Shown: positions 1 to 9,760 of the stretch, one piece after another | Layout: each line of letters begins with the position of its first letter | Position numbering within the stretch: position 1 is the stretch's first letter | Assembly: GCF_016433145.1 (NCBI RefSeq) | Contig: NC_058131.1 | Coordinates: 386,818,770 to 386,882,769 of the forward strand | Source: Gracilinanus agilis | Lineage: Eukaryota | Reading direction: 5' to 3' | Length of the DNA stretch: 64,000 nucleotides | Made by a program: the position numbers and the translations under genes | The notes under the pieces: generated by a model | Databases searched by the model: none | The model's input: only the letters and a program-made list of their open reading frames with translations | Told to the model about the DNA's origin: nothing

Positions 1-400
1 CACCATATTTTAAAAAATCACAAAGAGTGTCTAGATCTATTTAGCAACAGAAAGTAAAGATTTAAAGAATATCCTGCTGACCTCCTAAGGGAAAAAAAGG
101 AAAAGGAAAAATACTAGGAATATCCTATTACAAAATCTAAAGTTCTTTCATCAAAGATAAATACTACAAGGACCTAGAAAGAAACAAATCAAGTAGCAAA
201 GAACCAGCCATGATAACAGAGCATCTGACAAATTCCACTATACATCAGAAGACCCTGGAGTATTGTATTCTGAAAGTCAAAAGAGTTTTACAACAAAGAA
301 TAAAAAGCAACCTACACAACAATGTAAATGAAAAGAACAATTACACACCAAAAATTCATTATTTTAGTTGAATTTTTATTCGTTTTTTAAACATTTCCTA
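1..400 (+). mobile_element. Degenerate L1 (ORF1-like) fragment
   Basis: A-rich sequence loosely resembling the marsupial L1 ORF1 C-terminal region; no intact frame. Confidence 0.3.
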
Positions 401-559
401 ATTTTTATTGCATGGGACACATTGTGGAGTACTAGGCTGGGGCTTCAATTCAGACACCTTTGATGTAAGAAAAAAGCCATCAATAAAAATGTATTAAATA
501 ACTATAAATAAAAAAATAAAAGTAGATAGCAAGTGTCAAAAAAATTATCCTACAGTCTT

Positions 560-1055
560 CCAGGTTAAGATAGCTACAGAGTAGAAGCAGGGTGATTTTC
601 TCTCCTTACTAACTGATATAGCGTACCTCCAAAGGACAAAAAACCAAATCCAGATGAAAGAAGGGACCCCACAATAGGGCGCGGTATCGAAGGTACATGG
701 GACTTGGACACTTCGACTCTATAAAGGTGGGGAAATAGCTACCATAAAAACGCAAGGGGATCAACCCTCCCCCACCCCACCCACAATACCAGAGTCAGAG
801 GCTACGCTCCAGAGTTGGAGCGAGAGGGGGCACAAAATCCAGCTCCTTGGCAGTTAACTGGCACCACTAGGAGCTTGCCCCTGAGAGCAGCAAAACCTGA
901 GACCCCAGGAGACTGGAAAACTCAGACTTTGGACAAAGGAGTGACGCTGAGAGGCAGCAGAAAAACACAGCATGCTCAGACTCAGGGGAAAACCTCAGAT
1001 GGAGGAGCAAGCATGGGCCAATTTCCAGGATCTGGGTAGCCGGCTAGGACCACGG
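560..1055 (+). mobile_element. L1 5'UTR-like fragment
   Basis: Starts gttaagatagc...agagtagaagcag like marsupial L1 5' ends; locally CpG-enriched. Recognised from memory, not by search. Confidence 0.55.
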
Positions 1056-1458
1056 GGTTTTAAAGTCTTTCCTTTCCCATAGATCTGACAAGTAAACTAT
1101 TCTGTGTTCACTTAACTTGTTTATAGTTTCCCTCTTTATATTCAAGTCGTTCACCCATTCTGAATTTATCTTGGTGTAGGGTGTGAGATGTTGATCTAGA
1201 CCTAATCTCCCATATTGTTTTCCAAATTTCCCAGCAGTTTTTGTCAAATAGTGGATTCATGTCCCAAAAGTTGGGCTCTTTGGGTTTATCATACACTGTC
1301 TTGCTGATGTCATTTATACCAAGTCTATTCCATTGATCCTCCTCTCTATCTCTTAGCCAGTACCATATTGTTTTGATGACTGCTGCTTTATAGTATAGTT
1401 TAATATCTGGTACTGTTAGGCCCCCTTCCTTCACATTTTTTTTCATTATTTCCCTGAA
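1056..1458 (-). mobile_element. L1 ORF2 fragment (post-RT region)
   Basis: ORF 1108..1446(-) GGLTVPDIKLYYKAAVIKTIWYW...LFDKNCWE and overlapping HLTPYTKINSEW are typical L1 ORF2 motifs; frameshifted. Confidence 0.88.
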
Positions 1459-1465
1459 AGCACAG

Positions 1466-1650
1466 TTTTTTTTTAAACCCTTGTACTTCGGTGTATTGTC
1501 TCATAGGTGCAAGATTGGTAAGGGTAGGCAATGGGGGTCAAGTGACTTGCCCAGGGTCACACAGCTGGGAAGTGTCTGAGGCCAGATTTGAACCTAGGAC
1601 CTCCCGTCTCTAGGCCTGGCTCTCAATCCACTGAGCTACCCAGCTGCCCC
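1466..1650 (-). mobile_element. SINE1_Mdo-type SINE, full length, short-tail variant
   Basis: tRNA-derived head ggggcagctgggtagctcagtgg, B-box ggttcaaatc, CORE segment, A-rich tail. Confidence 0.9.
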
Positions 1651-1767
1651 TCACAAATTTATTAATTGCCCTTTCCTATTAGAGCAATTAGCTATCTTTA
1701 GTTTCATAATATTTTTTATTTTAGTGGATAAATAGCATCTGGTGATATTACGAAAAATCATTCTTAC

Positions 1768-1912
1768 CTTAAGATTTTTGCAACTCTTCATCAAGTATTT
1801 CACATCATAGATAGATGGGAAGAAGAGGTTCAGAATATGGAAGAATTCATGCTCTTCTTCTGGCAATCGGGAATCAGTGAGCAGCTTTACCATGTAGCCA
1901 AAATCATAACCA
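1768..1912 (-). CDS. CNOT8: CNOT8 coding exon 4 (GYDFGYMVKLLTDSRLPEEEHEFFHILNLFFPSIYDVKYLMKSCKNLK); gene continues left of position 1
   Basis: Within ORF 1651..1893(-). Acceptor tacag|T, donor AAG|gtaaga, 145 nt. Contains the ExoII Asp (SGYD). Confidence 0.96.
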
Positions 1913-2455
1913 CTGTATGGAAGGAATTAAGTCACTGCAGTTAAAACAAATGGTAGAATGTTACTCTGCCTCTCAACGCCAAGGCCTACTTTTTCAAATG
2001 CAATTTTTAAACTAACTGAACTCAAAAGTGATTAATCACAGAACAGGTCATAAGAAAGAATTAAGGAAAAATATAAAAATGTGTCATAAGTGTGGGGTTT
2101 TAATGCATAATATCAGAAAGAGTACTAAAAATACTCTCTAATAAAGTTGACAAATATCTTCACAGTTTATTAAAATAATGGCAAATACAACATAATAATA
2201 TACTACCTTAGACTGAGCAATGCCCTGACTTTTTCATTCTCCTGGAATTATACAAACTGATGGTCAAATGCCTCGGGAAATCACCTATAATGGGCCCGGT
2301 TTTTCCTTAAACTGACAAAAGCAAAGGAACTGCAACAAATCAATAGCTGAATTTAATCATTGTTACTAATGACTGAAACAGACCATGTGTCAAATTCATT
2401 TTTATGCTGAGACCTAGTGAGGTCATTATTTATTTATGCTCTTTCTAGAACTGAC

Positions 2456-2617
2456 CTGTGAAATGAAAGCCATTTGACGTTGTCACAGAGAACCACCCCT
2501 GAGGTCATGAGCAGTTCTGCAAAGTGCAAAGTGTCAATACCTTCCTCTTCATGCTTCTGGAACTGTAACCCTGAGTTAGCAAGGAGATCTATGGAATCCT
2601 GGGAATACATGTCCTCT
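2456..2617 (-). CDS. CNOT8: CNOT8 coding exon 3 (EDMYSQDSIDLLANSGLQFQKHEEEGIDTLHFAELLMTSGVVLCDNVKWLSFHS)
   Basis: Within ORF 2434..2769(-). Acceptor tttttag|A, donor AG|gtcagt, 162 nt; phases fit the neighbouring exons. Confidence 0.96.
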
Positions 2618-2679
2618 CTAAAAAAGTAAGGCATTAGTTTATTAGGTGAGGTAAAATAACAGTAATTTTTAATTATTAT

Positions 2680-3920
2680 TAATTTATTTATTTTCAGGTG
2701 TTTTTCCATGGTTACATGATTCATGTTCTCCCTCTCCCCTTTTCCTTCTCCCCTTCCCAGAGCTGACAAGCAATTCCACTGGGTTATACATGTATTATCC
2801 TATTTCCATATTGTTAATTTTTGTAATAATCTTTTAAAACCAAAACCCCAAATCATATACTCATATAAATAAGTGATAAATCTTAAGTTTTTCTTCTGCG
2901 TTTCTACTCTCACAATTCTTTCTCTAGATGTAAATAGCATTCTTTCTCATAAATCCCTCAGGATTGTTCCTGATCTTTGCATTACTAGTCACAAAGTCCA
3001 TTACATTTGATCATCCCCCAATGTTTCAGAGTCTCTGTTCAATGTTCTCCTGGTTCTGCTCATTTCACTCCACATCAATTCATAGAAGTCTTTCTAGTTC
3101 ACATAGAAATCAAGCAGTTCATCATTCCTTACAGCATAATAGTATTCCATCACATTCCACAATTTGTTCAGCCATTCCCCAATCGAGGATACCCCTCATT
3201 TTCCAATTTTTTGCCACCACAAAGAACATGGCTATGAATATTTTTGTACAAACTTTTTTTTTTCATCTCTTTTGGGGTACAAAGTAGTGGTATTGTTGGA
3301 TCAAAGGGCAGGCATTTTTTTAAAGTCCTTTGGGCATAATTCCAAATTGTCCTCCAGAATGGTTGGATCAATTCACAACTCCAACAGCCCCTTTTTATTT
3401 TATTTTTATTTTTATTTATTTATTTTTTATATTATTTCCTTTATTGTCATATTTGCATTTCTCTAATCAGAAAATATTTAGAATACTTTTTCATGTGATT
3501 ATTAATAGTTTTGATTTCTTCATCTGAAAACTACCTATTCTTATCCCTGGACCATTTGTCAATTGGGGAATGACTTGATTTCTTGTACATTTGCCTTAGT
3601 ATCTTATAAATTTGAGAAATTAGACCTTTGTCAGAGATTTATATTATAAAAACTTTTGTTATAAAAATTTTGTTATAAAAAATTGCTTCCCTTCTAATTT
3701 TGGTTGCATTGGTTTTGTTTGTACAAAAACTAATAATCAAAACTATTCATCTTATATCTTGTAATGTTCTGACTCTTGTTTGGTCTTAAATTCTTTCCTT
3801 TCCCATAGATCTGACAAATATACTCTTCTATGGTGCCCTAATTTACTCATAATTTCCCTCTTTATATTTAAGTCATTTACTCATTTTGAATTTATCTTGG
3901 TATAGGGTGCAAGGTGTTAA
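2680..3920 (-). mobile_element. L1 3' portion (3'UTR, ORF2 Cys-rich end, deleted ORF2 pieces)
   Basis: ORF 3168..3371(-) FWRTIWNYAQR..PFDPTIPLL; 3790-3920 is homologous to 1065-1200. Confidence 0.75.
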
Positions 3921-4109
3921 ACAGCAGTAATTTTAAAATATCAACAGTATCATATTCATTGAAGAAATTTTTTCTAAAATGATTTTTGGAGAACTGATTT
4001 TATTTAAAGGTAAAATCAACCTCCCCAACAATCCTGATGTACACAACAATAATTCTCTCTGAGAGAATAGGTATATTCACAAACAATTTGTCCATCTACA
4101 TAACAAGAG

Positions 4110-4275
4110 GCAGCTAGGGGCTCAATGGATAGTGTCAGTCCTAAAATAAGGAAGTCCTGGATTCAAATCTGGCCTCAAGATACTTCCAAGCTGTATGGGA
4201 CCCTCGTGAACTCACTTAACCACAATTGTCTAATCCTTATTGTACCTCTGCCTTGGAACCAATGCTTATCTAAGA
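4110..4275 (+). mobile_element. CORE-SINE followed by a (CA)n tract at 4278-4312
   Basis: ggcagctagggg...ggattcaaatctggcctca...gtgaactcacttaacc. Confidence 0.7.
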
Positions 4276-4774
4276 CAGCGCATGCGCACGCACACACACA
4301 CACATACACACATCCAGGAATGGTTTAAACTGTGCAATACATTGTAATTAAGGGCTATGGAACCAAGAAAAATGGAAAATATGATGGGAAGTTCTTATAT
4401 GAAGACCTGCTTCAATGCTTTATCCTGGCATAAGGGTGAATGTGACGCTTTAAAGGATATGTCAGCATTAGCTCTGTCACCCTCCACCTCTCTGAACGTC
4501 GGCATCAAGAACCAGCCCAATGGCATATAGTTATTATCATTAAAATACCATAGTAAATCCAGAGAAATTCATCATCAGATTGGCTCCAAGTTAATGAAAT
4601 TTTTTGATCACAGAAGCTCATGAAGATTACCTACACTAAAGATTATAAAAATATAAATATTATAATCTGCCACTGGTAGAGAAAACAACTCACACCAATA
4701 AATTCTTAGTTTCACTGAAGTATTAAATTTTAATATAGGTCTTGTAGGTCCAAGTATATCTTATTTTATCCAGT

Positions 4775-4950
4775 TTTTTTAAAACCCTTATCTTCTCTGT
4801 ATTATTATCAATTCTAAGACAAAAATAAAAGCAAGAAGGGCTAGGCAATCACAGTTAAGTAACTTGCCTAGGATCACACTGCTAGGAAGTATGAGGCCAG
4901 ATTTGAACTCAGAGTCTCCCAACTCTAGGCCTAGAGTTCTAGCTCTATTT
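4775..4950 (-). mobile_element. Marsupial CORE-SINE
   Basis: Reverse copy of the same head/CORE/tail pattern. Confidence 0.65.
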
Positions 4951-5131
4951 AGGGATACCTATATATCTATAGTTATCTATGCCCTTTCTATCTTATTTTA
5001 AATAAGTCTGAATGTCATAGTCAATAAATTATATAAAGTTCAAAGTAAAAAATTGGTTCAAAAACAAGAAAACCAAATGAAATCATTGCTAATCAGTTTA
5101 GCAGATGAGACTAAAACCACAAGCAACTTAC

Positions 5132-5325
5132 GTAAGGTTAAATTTGAAGTTGAACTGCCAGGTATTGATCCCAGAAGGATATTCTCCTTTTTCATTTGTG
5201 AATGTGAGGCCCAGCTGTATAATTTTAAGGAGGTCAACATTACATCGAAGAAGCTGATACTGGTAATCAATGGAGCTTCGAAATTCCCCAATTGGTCTTA
5301 CTACAACACCTGGAAATTCTGTGTC
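5132..5325 (-). CDS. CNOT8: CNOT8 coding exon 2 ([65 protein letters not shown])
   Basis: Hand-translated (not in ORF track). Acceptor cttttctag|GAC, donor AC|gtaagt, 194 nt. Contains the DEDD ExoI motif DTEF (catalytic D40/E42). Confidence 0.96.
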
Positions 5326-5439
5326 CTAGAAAAGAAGATTAGAAATGCATCTCTCAATGCAAAGCTCTGTCAAGTAATGATTACTAAAAAGCTAACTCAT
5401 CCATATCCTAAAGGGTTTGTAAAACTGACCTCAGAGGCA

Positions 5440-5620
5440 ACTAGAAGGCACAGTGGATAGAGAACCAGGCCTGAAGTCAGGAGGACCTGGATTCAAATCT
5501 GGCCTTAGACAATTTCCAGCTGTATGATCCTGGGCAAATCACTTAAAACTGTTTTCCTAGCCCTTGCCCTTCAGTCCTAGTTATTACTAAGACAGGAAGT
5601 AAGTTCTTGGGGTTTTTTAA
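5440..5620 (+). mobile_element. Marsupial CORE-SINE
   Basis: ggcacagtggatagagaaccagg...ggattcaaatctggcc...gggcaaatcacttaa. Confidence 0.7.
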
Positions 5621-6129
5621 AATAAGCAAAATAAAACCATGACTTCAGCTTATAAAATCATTTAATGAGCCAACCTAATACCACTTAAAATGAGGCAACA
5701 TCATTATCAAATCTGGAAATACTTATCTATCATGAGATCCCAAGAGCTTGTGAAACTCTTCTAACATTAAAAGTGAGCAAAAATGACTTCAGATACTCAG
5801 TATACATCATGTACAAAATTTGGGTGTTGGGTTAGAAGGGGAAAAGCACTGGAATCAGAAGTGCAAGAGCCTGTGTACAATATAGCTTTGACCCTGGACA
5901 AATTCTCTGACTCAGATTCATCTGAAAAACAAGGGAATGGACTAGAAGACTTCTAAAATCCATGATTCTATTTAACAACCAATTCAAAAACAAACATTTA
6001 TTAAGTACCTGCAAAGGAAAAACAGGGCACTGAGAATACAAAGACAAAAAATGGGATTATTTACATTAAAAAGAGAATGTGATAAAGGAACCCTTTGGGG
6101 GGGGGCAGATACAGATACATTTTTTTTAA

Positions 6130-7400
6130 TATACAGGAGAAGTTTCAGGTTTAAGGGGGGAAGAAGAGATTGTTGATCTGCTTGAACACAGTCAGAAGAG
6201 TACAGAACACCAATGTCAAAATGAGGTGTATGTCTCTTAATTATATGAAACCCCTGAATACCTTTGAGCACAGGAGTGACTTGGTTAGACTTCTGCTTTA
6301 GGAAGATTATTTTAAGAAATTACTTCATTTGGCTGGAGAGATGGAGGAAGGAGAGATGAAGAAAGAAGGGATAGAAATCTAGAAGCTACAACTATAATTC
6401 AGAGAAGTGAAAAGGATCAGAACTAGGGTGTCAGAGGGAAAAGTAGAAAGAAAGGGATAGATACAAGAAATATCATATAACACTTTTCGTTTAAACTTGA
6501 CAACTGAATGGATGTGGAGAAACGGCCAAAGGTATAAAGGTCTGAGCTCATAGGAACAGGTAGATGGTGGTGACAAGCTGCACAGAAGAAACAGGTTTTA
6601 AAGAAATAATTAATTCCATTTTGAACATGCTAAATTAGCAGCATCAGAAGGAATTTTAGTAGAAGCAGGCAAGGAAAAACACAGGGTTAGCACTCAGGGA
6701 TGGATATAGTGGATCTATATCAATACTAATAGTGAACAATAAAGTTGTTATTCCAGGTCAGGAGAACTCCGTGAGAAAAGGAATATGAACAGGAAAATAA
6801 ATGTATGTCTCTTAATTATATGAAACCCCTGAATTTCAGGGCTGCAGTGAGTAGGATCAATTTGGTCACAAAAAAATTATGTAAAGGAGTCATGGGGAAC
6901 AAAGACCAAAAAGGTAGGTTGTGAATCACCTGTGAAGTGATTTTTAATATCAAGCAAACGAATTTGGCTATGGGAAGTCCTATTGGCAATGAGAAGTCAC
7001 TGAGATAGAAGCAGCACTGTGTAGAGGAAATAATAATGGATACATAAGACCTGAGTTCAAGTCTTACCTCTGCCTTTTAATTAGTTTTGTGATCCTGGGC
7101 AGGTCACGATTTGATCAAAAGCCTGTTTCCTCCTCAGTAAAACAGGGATAATAAAACTGGTACTACTTGTGTCACAGGGTCGTTGTAAGGAAAGCACTTT
7201 GTAAACTGTAAAGAAATAACTTTAGAAATGGGAGCTATTGTTACTGAGTGTTATAAACTGGGGAATGGCAGCAGTGATTAGAAATTTTAACCTGGCAGCA
7301 TGTGTAGAACAGAATGAAGAGAAGATCCTAGAGAAAGTGAAGGCAGCTAGGGAGCTATTTACAAGCAGTCCAGGCAGGAGGCAATATGTGCCATAACCTG
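6130..7400 (-). mobile_element. Degenerate L2 pieces with a MIR-like insert (~7005-7240)
   Basis: Purine-rich L2 antisense pattern (ggcaatgagaagtcactg, gagcacaggagtgac); boundaries approximate. Confidence 0.45.
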
Positions 7401-7756
7401 CTGTACTCTATGTCCTAGCTGCTACACTGATGTGTTTCATTAAAACAAAATAATTAGCCACCCAGTATCATCATATACCTTGGTTATACTGTGCAAGAGT
7501 CAGAAAACTACAGCTCTTTGACCAAATGGGGCCCAATGCATGTTTTTGTACAACCAGTTAAGAATGTTTTTATATTTTAAAATAAGCTTTATTGTATTTA
7601 AAACCATAAAAACCATCCTTAGCAGGCTATATAGGCAGTGCACTACCAGGGCTATGGTATATCAACTCCTGGTCAATCAAACTGATTAACACAGTAAATC
7701 TGATTTTCCACATTCCCATAACTAAAAATGATTCAAATATAGTGCAGCACATTTAC

Positions 7757-7873
7757 CATGGCAATGTAACTGTAACTGAGCACAATTTCTCGGATCTTCC
7801 TCATCTCTTCTTCTAGGTTGCTGGCCCAGACTTCACAGATAACCTGGCTGTTCTCCACAAGTGCTGCAGGCAT
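7757..7873 (-). CDS. CNOT8: CNOT8 first coding exon (MPAALVENSQVICEVWASNLEEEMRKIREIVLSYSYIAM); 5'UTR part probably extends to the acceptor at 7946
   Basis: ATG at 7873-7871; donor ATG|gtaaat at 7757/7756; 117 nt, phase 0. Translation matches the CNOT8 N-terminus as I recall it (CNOT7 starts MPAATVDHSQ). Upstream acceptor tttgtatttag|atcaga at 7947/7946. Confidence 0.96.
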
Positions 7874-9169
7874 CCTGAAGAAACCCGAGAAGACACCTTC
7901 AGCTAAGACTGGATGATAGGACAAGCCAGAGAGCTGTAGATCTGATCTAAATACAAAAACATATGCTTTGAAATCACAAATTTATATATACTTCAATAAT
8001 TCAAGGACCTATAATTTGATTGATGTGAATGTTTCTCTACCAGTGCCAAATCACAACCCCACTATGTTTTTAATACAGGGTCTTCATTACCCCTATAGTC
8101 AATATAGGATTAAACCTCTCCAAATTTAGCTATGTTCTTCCCCAGAAAAAAACTTGGCATCAGATAGTCTGAAATATTAGTCCATATATCAGGATAATGA
8201 CAAGAAATAATAAAACAACACATGTTTTCTCTATGCATTATCACTTTAAGCCAAAAAGTTAGAAAATTCTATTTGTCCTCAATCTGATAAAAAAAAAAAA
8301 AAGATACTGACCACTATCAAGAAAAATACCAAAATTTTCTAAATTGAACTGGTTCCTTAATGCAACTTTCTTGGGCCCCTACTTTCACAAAAGGCAAACC
8401 ATTACCTTAAACTAGTTTTCTAGTCCTCTTAAGTTGCTCTAAACCAATGGTTAAAACCATGGCAGCAAACTTGTACAATTCTAACACCATTCTGTATGAC
8501 TAAACCATAGAAACAAAATTTAGAAACCTTTTTACAAAGAGATAGTTTCCTACCTTTTAGCATAGATCCAGAAATGATTGAAACCCAGGAAGTTAAACCC
8601 AAAATGGGCTGCAACAAGGCAACAAAAATGAATGGGTTTTATAACTACATGTCAAATAATAGGATTATGAAGAGAAGCTATGAAAAGCTAACCCCCTACC
8701 ATCCAAATGTCAACTGAAATTAAGAAATACCTGACAACTTAAAATGTCCTCTCTTAGAAAGAGAGCAGCACAGCAAAGGATAAAACATTTAGCATCAAAA
8801 TTTTCTCCTGTTCATTTGAACCTTCCTTCAGCCAAAATGAGGCCGAGTAATATACAACTAACATTTTATTTCTAATACATAAGGAGAAAGAAATAAACAT
8901 TTTACATAGTGTCTACTATATACACCAGGCTCTGTGCTAGGGATTCTATAAATATTATCTCATGAGATAATACATATTATCATATATATGTATGTATACA
9001 CACATATACACATAAATATGTAATTACAAAGCAGAAAAAAAAATGGTGACCCAGAAATAAAAAAATTTAAGGCAAAAATAATAAAACTAGAAGTAGAAGG
9101 GTTAGTGGAACCAGACATCTGGATGGGGAAAAAACCATTTCAAACTATTTAAACTGTGAAAAAACAGGC

Positions 9170-9760
9170 ATACTAATGTACTATTGTTTACTGAAGCTCT
9201 GAACTGGTCCACCATACATGGAAAGCAAGTTAGAACTATGCAGCAAAAGTCACTAAACTTTTAGTTTATTGACTCAACAATACCATTATTAAACCTATAC
9301 CCCAAAAAGATCAAAGAAAGATGGAAAAGACCACATATATGCAAAAGTATTTATAGTAGATCTATTGTAAAAAAAGAACTGGAAACTCAAAAGATGCCTA
9401 TTAATTAAGGAATGCCTGAATAATTCATAATTATGAATGTGAGAGAATACCATTGTTATAAGAAATGAGAGGAAAAAATGACCTTGAAGAGATAAAGACT
9501 CATATGAACTGATAGGTTAAAGTAGAACCAGAAGAGCAATTTACATAATAACCTATATATTATAAACTGAAGAATGATATGAGCAGAACCAGGACACACG
9601 GAAAGACATACTGTACATGTATACACACACAAATAAAACCAATGAAGGAAATTTTTTTGTACATATTTGTGACAAGGAATTTTTCTTTACTTTTTTTTAA
9701 CCGATAGGGAGGTGGAGTAGAGAAAATAGATTTCTGTTAATTGAAAAACAATTTTAAAAT
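9170..9760 (+). mobile_element. Old L1 3' fragment
   Basis: Degenerate match to the L1 ORF2 end (aataccattatt...ccccaaaaagatcaaag...aaaagtatttatagtag). Confidence 0.5.

Noticed and set aside
4278-4287. Perfect NRF1 palindrome GCGCATGCGC
   Set aside because: Sits at the edge of a (CA)n tract at a SINE tail; best explained by microsatellite mutation.
4462-4575. Possible C/D snoRNA (ATGATGA ... CTGA on minus strand)
   Set aside because: No terminal stem, no clear D' box and no rRNA/snRNA guide recognised.
5053-5460. 135-aa plus-strand ORF
   Set aside because: Antisense shadow of CNOT8 exon 5132-5325 running into a SINE.
7874-7946. In-frame open leader upstream of the CNOT8 ATG (track start is TTG at 7924)
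   Set aside because: 24 open codons is unremarkable, no upstream in-frame ATG was found, and the peptide is not recognisable; would need ribosome profiling.
8350-8760. Donor-like motifs (8406, ~8550, ~8730) in CNOT8 intron 1
   Set aside because: No convincing paired acceptor or polypyrimidine tract.
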